A stretch of 64,000 bases of DNA from Octopus bimaculoides. Its lineage: Eukaryota. Below the pieces are notes generated by a model. It saw only the letters and a list, made by a program, of their open reading frames with translations. It was not told the DNA's origin and made no database searches. The translations under genes and the position numbers were made by a program. Within the stretch, counting starts at the first letter, position 1; every line of letters begins with the position of its first letter. Positions 1-13,456 of the stretch are shown here, piece by piece. Location of the stretch: assembly GCF_001194135.2 (NCBI RefSeq), contig NC_068993.1, forward strand, positions 14,665,682 through 14,729,681, written 5' to 3'.

Positions 1-36
<36 letters not shown>

Positions 37-80
37 AGAGTAAAATAATAAAATAATTATATACTCAAACTCAAAACGTT

Positions 81-210
81 GCGCTGGCAGAATTGTTACT
101 ATGTCGAGAAAGATGCTTAGAGGCAATTGGTCTTATTTTACGTTGTATGTTCAAATATTGCCGAGGTCGATTTTGCCGTTTATTCTTTCGGGGTCGATAA
201 AATATTTACG
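81..210 (+). mobile_element. tRNA-head SINE, family A
   Basis: GCTGGCAGAATTGTTA...GTTCAAAT..GCCGAGGTCGA..TTTGCC..TTTCGGGGTCGATAAA; homologous to the other family A copies in the window. Confidence 0.75.
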
Positions 211-243
211 AACCGTGTTCTAAAATCCATGTAATCGACTTAC

Positions 244-400
244 CTCCTTGCAAAAATTTGAAACCAATATCATAAACGCGAACAGGGTATAATACACAAG
301 TTGTATAATGGATGAATATGGCATTAAAATGCATAATTTCTTGCCGCTTGGCACTGCATTTACATCCAGGGACTTATACAACATATTATAATCCATAATG
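244..400 (-). CDS. Candidate coding exon (157 nt, phase 2 to phase 0) of an unidentified minus-strand gene; IMDYNMLYKSLDVNAVPSGKKLCILMPYSSIIQLVYYTLFAFMILVSNFCKE with a hydrophobic, TM- or signal-like C-terminal half
   Basis: Minus-strand acceptor ATTTATTTGTTTCTAG| (AG at 402-401) and consensus donor GAG|GTAAGT (243-238). Exactly one frame is open across the exon. No family recognised. Confidence 0.5.
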
Positions 401-544
401 CTAGAAACAAATAAATCCCCTTTATTACTCAATTACGCTCTCATCATAGTAGGATTGCATTTAAATATCAAAGGAGGAATAAATAATGAAACTTGGTCAT
501 TCACAAATATACCGAAACAAAAATCAACAAAGGAATACAGACAC

Positions 545-815
545 GTGCCTGGTACTTAATCTATCGATTCCTTTCACCGAACCACTTGGTTACAGAGACT
601 TAAACCCACCAACAACGGTTCTCAAGCGTTGTTGTGGAATAAACACAGACACACACGCATATACATGTATGCTTCTTTCAGTTTCCGTCAGCCAAATCCA
701 CTCAAAAGGCTTTGGTCGGCTAAAGGCTATAGTAGCAGACGTTGGCCCAAGGTTCCACACAGTAGGACGGAAGCTGGAGACATGTGATTGGGAAGCAAGC
801 TTCCTATCACACCTG
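545..815 (-). mobile_element. SINE family B
   Basis: CTTCTTTCAGTTTCCGTC..CAAATCCACTCA..AGGCTTTGGTCGGC..GGCTATAGTAG..GGGAAGCAAGCTTC; explains ORFs 486-890 and 590-1021. Confidence 0.8.
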
Positions 816-2507
816 CGCGTATATATAAATAAGTCTAATCTTATATCTGTTTCATTTAAATCCGAAATGTTATTTGGATGTATGATATAGAATACAACGA
901 TTATGATCGTAAACATGAAACTGGCGGTTATTGATCTCGGTACGCGATGAGCCGACACAGAGTAGGAAGTCCAGAATTTTCTGTGTATTGCTCTTATTAT
1001 TCGATTCACTATATATACCATTGGGATATGAGGTAAATCACATTATTTAGCCGCTGATGAGAAGTCGCGATATTTCGACTATTCATTCCTGAAATTAATA
1101 ACATTCGTAAACCTGGAATTGCAATTCTTAAAACAATGAAATTACAATTTAAGAGAATTATTGAATTGGAATGTACAATATCATCAGTTGGCTTTTGATA
1201 TTTTATTCTCCAGCTCGAACAGTTGTAGTTTTATTTGAATCGTTAATAACATCCGTGCTTGCTTTTTTTTTTTTCTTCTTTCCTATTAGGAATCAGGTTC
1301 TGTTCTGATATTCATAGAACATCGAAATTATTTGTTTTAGAAGAATCATCACCTTAAAGAAAACAAACAATCAGCAAATAGAAAACGAAAAAAAATGAAT
1401 CATTTTTTATGACAAAATATATCACTCTGACGGAGAAAATGTTGTCAACTTGGAAATTATTCTCTCTACAATAATAATAATGTTCATTAAAGTCGCTTGC
1501 TAAATTAGCGGAAAACCTAATTTGTCACTGTTTTCAACGAGATGAAATAAACAATTTCTCTCCGTGCATATACAAACATATCACGAAGTTTAGCAATTGT
1601 TTTATTACATTTCGCTTGTTGGTCGGCTTAAATCACCCATACAAGCGGAAAATAATCAAATAAATCAATTTTGTAAATGCATGAAGAATCGATAGAGCAT
1701 CTGATCTGGACATTCAGACGCTACACTAAGGATTTTCGCATCACGTTCCATAATGCTTCTTGGATTAGGGTTCTATGCTAATTTGCATTTAAGCGACTTA
1801 TTGATCGAGGGTGGGGTTGATGTCGAGGAAAATTTCGATTCAGGAATATCCCCTCTTCTGTTCTGTTAAAGAAAATCACAGTTAATCTTCAGAGAATGTT
1901 TCTTGAATGTGAATAGAAATGAAAGCATACAAGTGGACAACAAGTTGAATTCTTCTAACCGGATATTAGCAATCGTTTTAAACTAGTAGAAACCATGCAG
2001 AAATCTCCTAAAACAACGGCAATCACTTCCCGCTCTCATTCGCTGTAGTTTATTCAGTTCTGTAACTAAAGATAGATTCTTTACCTTATTTTATAGTTAT
2101 TCTGTGTAGTTTGATTATGTTATCATATAGAAGTAGTAACAGGATCCATAACCCTTTACATTTTCCCTATATAAATTCCATAATTTTCTAATGCTATCTA
2201 TTAAATACTCTGTATCTATATATACATATTTCTACCAGAAGAACGTGATTTATGTCAATATTGTTTTTCCATATTTTACGATATAAAAAAAAAATCTAAT
2301 ATGCACTAGTATGATAGAAAAGCATATCGTCTTCAAATATGTGACAGTGTCCCGCGGCAAAATATATCACTAGTATCATCACGACTGTAATTTTCGTTGT
2401 TAACGTCATCATTGTATTTGAAGTTTTGTTGTGTTTTCTAGAAGCAGACGTCATCATTATCGCAACATTTCTGTAGCGCTAATCTTTTCATTTAGAAAAT
2501 AATTATA

Positions 2508-2533
2508 TTCTTCTTCTTCTTCTTCTTCTTCTT

Positions 2534-2619
<86 letters not shown>

Positions 2620-2632
2620 CATCATCATCTTC
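2508..2632 (+). repeat. Compound microsatellite (TTC)n(TTA)n(TCA)n
   Basis: Direct reading. Confidence 0.95.
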
Positions 2633-5600
2633 CTTCCTCCTTACATATGTTTCTTACTTCAGGCTGTGTTGTTGGCTTCAGTGAAAACGCAAAACATGTT
2701 TGTTTGTTTTGTTCGTATTTTATCGGTATATATTCTAGTTTACCTTTATTACTTACTACGTATGTTTGTAGTCTTTCAGTCACTAATATTTAGTAAAATT
2801 TCTACTGTTGCAGCGCATTCCCTATTTGCCTGTATTCAGAGAGAAAATATAATGTTTTGTTGGAATATCTTAAGCGGAAACGTCATTATTTTTCTGGATT
2901 TCAAATCTTGTTTGGTTATTATGCTAACTTCAAAATGAAAATATTGTAAACATAACATTTTTTTTCAATATTTCTGCGCCAAATAATGTAATGATATATA
3001 TTACTTATATCTTCCGTCTTCCACATTTGTAATAACTCACCTAGTGTTCCTATAATCATACCTAATATATGCTTTCAATTTTTTTTCTTTCTGCTTTGGA
3101 CTTCATGTAGTTCAGTAATATTCAAGTCTGAAAGCCAAATTATATTATCACAGTCTCTTTATCTAATATATTACATCTTTCTATTTATGTTCGTCTCTAT
3201 TCGCCCAGCTATTTTCAAAACTGAAAACATGTCATATATCTATCTTGGTTTCCAATCTTTCTTTATTTCCATCGTACACCTTGAGTTCAAACGTGTGAAG
3301 GAATGGTATAATTGTTTTTATTTTCCTCTGCTTCGTTTTCTGTCATTTGAATGTTATTTCAACGATTTGTTTTGAAATAACGCATCCGTTGCTAATCCTT
3401 TTCTTGTCAATGATTTTACCACTCCTATAGAATAGCTTGTTTGTTGTCCCGTAATATGCATATTCGCCTCCAGTTTTGGTTAGTATATTGATTTCGCAAC
3501 ATGAATAAAAATAGATGCCCACCGGAATACCCTTAGATTATTAATTTTTCCAAGAAGGAAAAAAACAAAACATACAGGATTTTTCTCAATAATTCTGTTA
3601 CGATCAGTCCTGCTAAATTATTGTACCTAATAAATATTTCCTCTTCGCGACTGAAACTGATATTTTTCTTGCATGTCGTTTTTATTTATCCTTAATATCT
3701 CAGCTATTTCTTAAATACGTGTATGTTGAACTCACGAATGTCCAGGCAACGTGTTTATTTTTTGAAACATTTTTTTTTTTTTTGGTGGTAGTCGGTGGTA
3801 AAATTACTTTTGTGTTGATATTTACCCATTCTTTATAAGATTGCGATGGATTTTAATAGAATTGGTTGTGTATTTCAGTCAAATGATGTCGGTTTTACCC
3901 TGAAGAATTTGCTCTTTATTAATGATATACAAGTACCATTTATCTTAGGCATTCTCTAATTTTGAGAAGTGAAACGTATTTCCTTAGAATGTTGACATCT
4001 TCCTAATTAGATTATTTACATTTTTGCTTTCATTTACTATTAATACATCCTATATAGTTATTCCCAATATTCAAGCATCTCCTCCACTTTTATGTTGTCT
4101 AAAATGGTTAAGATTTTGCTCCATGAGAATGTTTAGACAACACAGATTACTGTGTTCTGATTATGATATATACAAGTCACTTTCCAGGTTGTCCCTGCTA
4201 AACATTTAAATATTGACTAAATTGCTTATACTTTACATTAAAAATGTATTTGCCCACAGACTCCCTTCGCTTCAGCTTCTATCAGTTTCCTCTTACATCT
4301 GAATAAATGGGCTAGGGTAGATTACTCTGGAAGGAATGTAGTTAAGTCGAGATAATATAACGAGTAGGTTATAGTGTTATTTACTTTATTTTTGAAGTGT
4401 TTACTTTTAGATAATTATCATATTCATTTGTTAGATATCCTTTGGCTGCAGAGATCTCTTTTAGATTTTACTGGTCGATATGCATTGTATATGCCAAGGT
4501 TTGATTCTATTGTGCTATGGTAATTATTTTGTATTGTTTACTTACATTATGCTAGTTGTTAATTTATGTCTTCATTGTTTTCTAGTTTCAATGCGCTTTT
4601 GTATATTTTCATTGATAATATTTTGGTGTGTTTATTATTGTATTTTTGTTGCTGTTTTATGTCTGGTGTTCTCTTTCTCATTATTTAATTATTTAACATG
4701 TTCTGATCCAAAATTGATTAATTTTGTACTCTGTTCATATATCAGACGGAAAATTTAAAAGATGTAGTAATGATTTGATGGTAACGTTCACCTATAGACC
4801 AGGGACATATTGCAAAAATGAATTTGTGTAGGATCCATTTTGTTTTCCTTGTTTGTATACTTTCTGAAAGCAGGCCCATTGTTTCCGTTGTCTATTGAAC
4901 AAGTCTCAGTCTATTTGTTTCCGTTCAATCATAATCTCCATGATAATCACATTTGAGGTTTGAAGGATGAACCTTCACATTTCCCATATTTAAATTCGGT
5001 CTAATATTACGGTTTTACTCTTTTATTTTTGCCGTTCATGTATCCTTTTTAGCCAATATTCTCTTATTTAATTTGTGCCCTTTAACCGTTCTTAATCTAT
5101 GATCCCTCTAAAAAAAATATATAACCTTGTGTAAATTTTGGAGAATCTGTCGACACTTTCCTTTAGAACACAATGACAACATATCTCTTCTGATAGGTAA
5201 ACACTGTTTGACTGCAGCGAAGAAGAATAGAAAGAAGTGATACCTCCCATGAGGAGCTACGATAACATCTTATGCATTTTGAACTATGTATGTCAATAAA
5301 TAAATAAAAAATATGCCCGACTTCGGATTACTTTCGGAGACCAATTTTCGTACAGAATCAAATAAAATGAATATCATGTGTTTAAAGTGTAAAATCATAC
5401 AACGAGCGATTGGGCTACAGCTTGCAAATCTGAACAGGCGCTATACACACTTCGTGATAAAGTACATTGCTGCTGTTGTAATTTACCTCAACGGAGCAAA
5501 TCTATACGATTACTAATATATGAATCTAAACATGATATTAATTGAACGTCTGTCATTCGCAAGTTTGAAAATACGTGAAACATCAACTGTTTCATACTAT

Positions 5601-5951
5601 ACAAATTAGGAAGTTACAGAAGCTAAAAGAAAGCTACACTTTGTGATAGGAATGATAACAATGCACTGTTTCGAAATAACATGCCTTGTAGCGAATTACA
5701 AGCAATTTCAAAACCTCTCAGGTGCGTATTGTCATCATCTTTTGCAGAGTAATATTCAATGGCTGTTTCCATGAAACTAGATGCCAATACAAATTCAGAT
5801 TATACTTAACTTCTCGAGTTCAGCAATTCACGTCACAGAACAAGAGGGTTAATTTCAAAGCACCATTTGCACAAGCTTCTATATTTCTTCATAAAGCTAT
5901 ATTTCATTACGTCGCATATTCATCTTCTATATATGTACGTATACATGTGCG

Positions 5952-5984
<33 letters not shown>

Positions 5985-6021
5985 CTATAATATCGTGTCA
6001 TAACATATTTTCTAAATATAT

Positions 6022-6076
<55 letters not shown>

Positions 6077-6647
6077 CGTGTATGTAAGTAAGGGTGAATG
6101 TATGTACGCACGCATGTGCGTGTATGTGTGCAGGAAATAGAGATACTTGTCAATACACAAAAAAATTATGATTATGAAATGCATGTATTTATTATGTATG
6201 TATTTGTACGTAGGTTTTTAGCCTGTTCGTTCTTGACTTTTTTTCTGTTGTGTTAAATATAAAATGGACGATAAGAATAAGCATGAAACATTATAACCAA
6301 GTGGATTTTTTCCATTGATTATAGAGTATAAGATTACTCCTATTCATTTTTATCTCTCTTCTACATTTTTCTTCTTCTCCACTTGAATATGAGCCTTCGA
6401 CAAATCAGAGAGAAATCGATGCAATGTGAAGTGCTGTATGCCAATACAAAGTGGAAATAAAATTTATGAAGAAGAGAAACTTCAGCGTTCACGCCAGAGG
6501 CTTAGCTTTTCTAACTTAAACAAAGCAACAATTCACTTCACTCAAATTGTTAAGGCAGCATTTTGAAATAAAAAAGATTTTTGCATACTTCTCAAAAAAC
6601 TGTATATATTCTCTTTCCTATTCCATATTTGTCATCCATACTAGTGA

Positions 6648-6864
6648 TCTTCTTCTTCTTCTTCTTCTTCTTCTTCTTCTTCTTCTTCTTCTTCTTCTTC
6701 TTCTTCTTCTTCTTCTTCTTCTTCTTCTTCTTCTTCTTCTTCTTCTTCTCATCGTCATCATCATAATCATCATCATTATTATTATTATTGACATTCTTAT
6801 TGTTATCGCTGTTTTGATTGTTTTTTATGATTGCTGCTTTGTTGTTGTTGCTTTCTTCTTCTAC

Positions 6865-6900
<36 letters not shown>

Positions 6901-6912
6901 CTAGTAGTAACA
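6648..6912 (+). repeat. Compound microsatellite (TTC)n..(ATC/ATT)n..(TAG)n
   Basis: Direct reading; source of ORFs 6547, 6581 and 6831. Confidence 0.95.
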
Positions 6913-7749
6913 GCAGCACCAGCACCGTCCGGTGCGCCAGTGATGTGCTACTTTATCGTGTTGTAGTTTGCGAGCATTTGTTGCTTTTTTTTACTGAATT
7001 CCTCTGTTTTGCATTTTTCTACAAATCTTGTCCAATACTTTTCAGTTATACTTCTGATGTGTAATATACTTCCACATTCTACAATAGATATCTCACTAGT
7101 CACCGTAAGTTGAACTAAATCCTGACATATATATGCATATACAAAATACAATGTCTGTGATGATAACACTGGATGTGGGGCAGTCACGCCGTCTATTTCT
7201 TACAAAAAGGTGCTTCTTTCTTCATAGTACGTGAAGATTATCCCAAATGTCATTCGCAGTTGCACTAGATGTCTGTATATGCTTTCACTAAGTCTGTGTA
7301 TGTCACTTCATATTATGCATGGTTGAGTAAAAAACATATTGTATTCCTTATGTTAAGAGTGTGTGTTATTTTTCTCGGTTGATTTAGGTTATAATAATTT
7401 GCAAATTCCAGACATCAATATGAAACAGTTCATTTGCTTGACAATTAATACTAATACTATATCTGAACGTGTGTTAAAACAATTTCTTAATAGTAATTGC
7501 TTCCGGACGTACTATTTCATTTCGGCTTCTGAAAACAAATGCAATTCTTTTAGGGAACATATACCTCTGTATCTAAGTTAAATGCAGGAAGATTTGTAAA
7601 AAGAAAGAAATAATGCTATACATGATAACCACTTGAAATTACTTTAATTATTAATTCTTAATAAATAATCACTATGAGAAATTTAAACGTGCATATTCTA
7701 TACTCGCTTTTTCTGTTTTCCTAATTTTGTAAAGAAAATTGTAATCTCG

Positions 7750-8270
7750 CCAAATACTATGAAGAAATAATGATGTCCCTTGTTTTAACTGTGTCATAAG
7801 CTGTGGTGTCCTCAAATTCTGAAGCATCGTTAGTGAAACGTGTGGTCAGCATTGTCATGAAGAATGATTGGCTTTCTTCTGTTGACCAGTCTGGGACGGA
7901 GGGGCAGCAGTTTTTCGATCATTTTGGCAATACCATGGCAATATGTTTCTGCAGTAATGGTTTTTCCGAGTTATAAGAATATTATTGGACGTGTCCAACA
8001 GTACACCACCAAACAGTCACCATGTGTATGAAGAGCTTGAGTTTTGGGAACATTACATTTTCGGTGCTTCATTTCGGTCCAACCACTGCGAAGAACGTTT
8101 TTTTATTATTGTACAGAATCGAATTTTCAACGCAAGTTACAATATAGTCGAGAAATGGATACGTCTGAATACAGAGAAGAAGTGACGTACAAATTTCATA
8201 CCTGCGCATGTTCTGATTTTCATTCAAATTGTGTGGTACCCATTTGTCGAGCTTTTTTTTTTTTTTTTTT
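7750..8270 (-). mobile_element. Decayed mariner (DD34D) transposase, central and C-terminal part
   Basis: Minus-strand translation with frameshifts gives KKLDKWVPHNLNENQ (WVPHEL motif), PFLDYIVTCVENSILYNN (decayed TCDEKW), RSSQWLD, MVTVWW, GKTITAETYC and LVNRRKPIILHDNA. The 5' part runs into the N-gap. Confidence 0.9.
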
Positions 8271-9139
8271 NNNNNNNNNNNNNNNNNNNNNNNNNNNNNN
8301 NNNNNNNNNNNNNNNNNNNNNNNNNNNNNNNNNNNNNNNNNNNNNNNNNNNNNNNNNNNNNNNNNNNNNNNNNNNNNNNNNNNNNNNNNNNNNNNNNNNN
8401 NNNNNNNNNNNNNNNNNNNNNNNNNNNNNNNNNNNNNNNNNNNNNNNNNNNNNNNNNNNNNNNNNNNNNNNNNNNNNNNNNNNNNNNNNNNNNNNNNNNN
8501 NNNNNNNNNNNNNNNNNNNNNNNNNNNNNNNNNNNNNNNNNNNNNNNNNNNNNNNNNNNNNNNNNNNNNNNNNNNNNNNNNNNNNNNNNNNNNNNNNNNN
8601 NNNNNNNNNNNNNNNNNNNNNNNNNNNNNNNNNNNNNNNNNNNNNNNNNNNNNNNNNNNNNNNNNNNNNNNNNNNNNNNNNNNNNNNNNNNNNNNNNNNN
8701 NNNNNNNNNNNNNNNNNNNNNNNNNNNNNNNNNNNNNNNNNNNNNNNNNNNNNNNNNNNNNNNNNNNNNNNNNNNNNNNNNNNNNNNNNNNNNNNNNNNN
8801 NNNNNNNNNNNNNNNNNNNNNNNNNNNNNNNNNNNNNNNNNNNNNNNNNNNNNNNNNNNNNNNNNNNNNNNNNNNNNNNNNNNNNNNNNNNNNNNNNNNN
8901 NNNNNNNNNNNNNNNNNNNNNNNNNNNNNNNNNNNNNNNNNNNNNNNNNNNNNNNNNNNNNNNNNNNNNNNNNNNNNNNNNNNNNNNNNNNNNNNNNNNN
9001 NNNNNNNNNNNNNNNNNNNNNNNNNNNNNNNNNNNNNNNNNNNNNNNNNNNNNNNNNNNNNNNNNNNNNNNNNNNNNNNNNNNNNNNNNNNNNNNNNNNN
9101 NNNNNNNNNNTATATATATATGCATATATAAATATTATT

Positions 9140-9355
9140 TTATTTGTTTCAGTCATTAGACTGCGGCCATGTACTTATTATATCAGTCACTAAGTTATAG
9201 GGACGTAAACACGCCAACATCGGTTGTCAAGTGATGGTGGAGGTACAAACAGAGAAAGACGCACACACACATACATATATATGTATAAATATACAACGGG
9301 CTTCTTTCGATTTTCTGCTACCAAATCCATTCACAAGGCACTGGTCGGCCCATGC
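9140..9355 (-). mobile_element. SINE family B (internally deleted)
   Basis: TTTCAGTCATTAGACTGCGGCCATG..GGGACGTAAACAC..CGGTTGTCAAG..GGGCTTCTTTC..CAAATCCATTCACAAGGC. Confidence 0.75.
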
Positions 9356-9924
9356 AATCATACTTAGGTGTTCGTGTGTATGTGAGTGTGTGTGTGTGTG
9401 TAAAATGGTGTATGTTTATTAATTCAAACAGCATACAGATGTATAAATGTGTATACCTGTGTGTATTTAAGTATATGTATGTTTAATAACTATTTGCGCC
9501 CGTGTATTCATGTACATGTGTGTGTCTGTGTGAGTGTGTTCGCGACTGTCTTTGTGTGAGTTTGTGCGTGTGTGATGTCCGTGTTTGTGTGCGTGCGCGC
9601 GCGAGGACCTGCTACAACGGAAATGAATCAATTCCATTATTTATCGCGTAAGAGATCAAGAGAAACGTAGAGAAAAGGACATAATTTCTTTCGCTGGTTA
9701 AACTATGTAATGGCGCTTTATATAACGACCACAATAATTGTAACTAGAAAGTAACTTAATAATTCAAAGTCATGGAAATTATAAGTCATACTTGGATATG
9801 CTAGCATATTCATTTAGTTCGCCAGAGGCATTAAGAAATTAGAAACTAAATACTAAAAAATCTATTACAATACAAATGGAACAACCAGTGGTAGGTGTTA
9901 CATGTCTTGCATGCATCTACTTAC

Positions 9925-9974
9925 GACGGGATAAATTTGTAAAGTGGTTTTCTTGAAATGCTTATCGCGGCCAT
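9925..9974 (-). CDS. Candidate 50-nt exon starting with ATG (MAAISISRKPLYKFIP+S), phase-compatible with the 244-400 exon
   Basis: Acceptor CTCTTTTATACCAG| and donor GTC|GTAAGT. The ATG frame is open and ends in phase 2, giving TC|C = Ser on joining exon 400-244. Short, so a chance match is possible. Confidence 0.3.
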
Positions 9975-11558
9975 CTGGTATAAAAGAGATATGCCCTTCA
10001 ATAGCAATAAGCAGGTATTTTTCCGCTTTCCATGTTATATTAATCCATGAACGAAGGTATTACATTTTAAGTCTTTTGAATTATAGCAGGTTTTTAAACG
10101 ATTTATTTTCTATTTCTATGTGCTTGGAGCGAACCAATGGCGCGCGCGCGCGTGTTTCCGTGTCTGCGCGTGTGTGCACGAATATTTGTATGTTTGTATG
10201 CAGGTATGTATGTATATATATGTATACATATATGTTTATATATGCACATATACATACACATACATATATGACATATACTTATATATACACATATACATAC
10301 ATATACATATGCATATATATANNNNNNNNNNNNNNNNNNNNNNNNNNNNNNNNNNNNNNNNNNNNNNNNNNNNNNNNNNNNNNNNNNNNNNNNNNNNNNN
10401 NNNNNNNNNNNNNNNNNNNNNNNNNNNNNNNNNNNNNNNNNNNNNNNNNNNNNNNNNNNNNNNNNNNNNNNNNNNNNNNNNNNNNNNNNNNNNNNNNNNN
10501 NNNNNNNNNNNNNNNNNNNNNNNNNNNNNNNNNNNNNNNNNNNNNNNNNNNNNNNNNNNNNNNNNNNNNNNNNNNNNNNNNNNNNNNNNNNNNNNNNNNN
10601 NNNNNNNNNNNNNNNNNNNNNNNNNNNNNNNNNNNNNNNNNNNNNNNNNNNNNNNNNNNNNNNNNNNNNNNNNNNNNNNNNNNNNNNNNNNNNNNNNNNN
10701 NNNNNNNNNNNNNNNNNNNNNNNNNNNNNNNNNNNNNNNNNNNNNNNNNNNNNNNNNNNNNNNNNNNNNNNNNNNNNNNNNNNNNNNNNNNNNNNNNNNN
10801 NNNNNNNNNNNNNNNNNNNNNNNNNNNNNNNNNNNNNNNNNNNNNNNNNNNNNNNNNNNNNNNNNNNNNNNNNNNNNNNNNNNNNNNNNNNNNNNNNNNN
10901 NNNNNNNNNNNNNNNNNNNNNNNNNNNNNNNNNNNNNNNNNNNNNNNNNNNNNNNNNNNNNNNNNNTATATATATATATATATTTATCTATGGCCTTGTA
11001 TATATACATGTATTCAAGACACTACATACTAAATGATGTATGCGTGTTCCACTTGTGCAAAAACCGATACACGACAACGGAGTTTGCAAGAGCACACACC
11101 GCCTAGTCGAGAAGAAAAATCAACACGAGATGACTTTCAACTGACAGTTTATCAAGATCGCTGAAGAGTTGTATTCGTTAGAACGCCTCCTGGCAAACAG
11201 GTGTGTGATGTAAAAATGTTAGATAAGGGGTTTAAAAACATCATCTTACATTTATTTCAAACATTGCTGACTTTCTCAACTACCCCGATGCATGTTACTC
11301 TATTCCGAATGTTTACGAAAAATCTATTTTTTAAGATTCATTTCTATATTTTTTTTATTGTATGTGATATTTTTAATTATTTTGTTTTTTCTTCGCTTAT
11401 CGTTTGTTAGTTACAACTATTGTTTCGTTATTTTCGTTTATGTTTTCGTTTATTCATATTTAAAAATAAGTACATGCATATATAGACATATATACGTCTT
11501 CATATGAAGAGATACATGTGTGTGTCAGTGTGTATGGGTGCATGTTTGTATATGTGTG

Positions 11559-11595
<37 letters not shown>

Positions 11596-12176
11596 TCATC
11601 AAAATTATATATGTTACGTATGCGTATATTTGCATATGGACACGCATCTCTACACATTAACACATATATACGAGTACGAGTATGTATGTATGTGTATGTA
11701 TATATATAAATATATATGTACATATATATATGGTGGTTGTCTACTCCTTAAACAGAGTTTGACCACCTCCTGCACCTACACCTTAGCCCTTTCATGCACA
11801 CTCGATCTGCATGCGAATGCATGTTACACGGTAGGTATGTATATGCATATGCGGAAATATATGTATATATGTATATATAGATGTTCGTATGTGTATGTGG
11901 GCTTGTGCGCATGTCTATATGTATGTAATTGTGTGCGCGCACGCGTTTGTATATTTGTTTCCGTGCAGAAATCATTATCTAGTGTATTCGCTTATTGATA
12001 GTTGTATTGCGTTCATTTCTTGTTTAGTTCGTTATTGGTGTTTATATAACTAAATTCTATTTTGTTCGGTTTGTCCAACTACGCTTTTTTTTTCAAACTT
12101 TAATAATATTAATAATAACGCTAGCAATAATGAAAAACAATTACGGCAACGTTTCATATTATGAAAGCTATTACAA

Positions 12177-12192
12177 TCATCATCATCATTAC

Positions 12193-12270
<78 letters not shown>

Positions 12271-12292
12271 TGTTGTTGTTGTTGTTGTTATT
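12177..12292 (+). repeat. Compound microsatellite (ATC)n(ATT)n(GTT)n
   Basis: Direct reading. Confidence 0.95.
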
Positions 12293-12407
12293 GTGGGTGT
12301 AGTAGAAGTAGCTATCAAACTTCGTGATCTCTGATATCTCTACTCTCATCCTCATTATCTTCATACTGATTCATACCCATCTGCCGAAGTATTTTCATAG
12401 CCATTAA

Positions 12408-12445
12408 AAAAACAGTTACTCAGAGTTTCACATTCCCGTTCTCAT

Positions 12446-12484
<39 letters not shown>

Positions 12485-12640
12485 AAGTACTATTGTCCGA
12501 CGAACGGGAACGTGAAACTCTGAGTAACAGTTTTTGTGAAATTTCTGCTGCTTTTCGGTAAAGCATATTTTCCTACCTCTGGTATTCGAGTACTATTTTC
12601 TCCACCTTGTTTCGTTTTTATGTACTTACTCCGGTATAGG
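12408..12640. repeat. 34-bp inverted repeat around a (CTA)n spacer; the right arm is part of a hammerhead-bearing PLE-like end
   Basis: 12408-12441 matches the reverse complement of 12502-12535 with 2 mismatches. The plus arm reads UUGU CCGACGA ACG-GGAA-CGU GAAA CUC-U-GAGU A ACAG (12493-12530). The extension to 12640 as element tail is inferred. Confidence 0.75.
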
Positions 12641-12705
12641 TATATATATATATATATGTATGTGTCTGTGTGTCTGTCTGTCTGTGTATAGATTCATATA
12701 CAGAT

Positions 12706-12736
<31 letters not shown>

Positions 12737-12867
12737 CACACCCAGCTTTAGAGAAAAATTTGTAGTTTGGAATCAGTAGTTCTTTGACTGCTATTTCTAA
12801 ATGTTCAGTATGTTGGAGAAGCAACTCAATTGCTAATCCCTGTATATTTATGATGATAAATAGTTTT

Positions 12868-12910
<43 letters not shown>

Positions 12911-13197
12911 ATGATATATATATGTGTGTGTGTGGTGAGTGTGTGTGTGCGTGTGCTGTGTGTGCGTGTGTGTGTGTGTGTTTGTGTGTGTATGCTTTTG
13001 TGTTCAGGTATATACAACATATTTTTCTCGACAGTATATTTCGGATGCAATCTGCTTCTGAAGTGTATAAAGTGCACACGTTAACAGTGTTGAAGTCAGT
13101 GTTTTTGTCTTCTGCATCTTCTCCACTTTGTCCTTCTTCAGCTGCTGGTCTTAATGGTGATGTTTTCGCCTCTTTTCTTTTGCTTCTTTATCTTCAC

Positions 13198-13456
<259 letters not shown>

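Noticed and set aside
1054-1095. CTGATGA followed by a small hairpin and GAAA
   Set aside because: GAAA does not directly follow the stem, and there is no stem I partner or NUH site, so it is not a hammerhead.
1775-1788. ATGCTAATTTGCAT octamer/POU-like near-palindrome
   Set aside because: Short AT-rich motifs are expected by chance, and there is no promoter context.
7046-7104. Plus-strand 59-nt exon-like segment (TTTTCAG|...ACC|GTAAGT)
   Set aside because: Isolated, with no partner plus-strand exons, and short enough to be chance.
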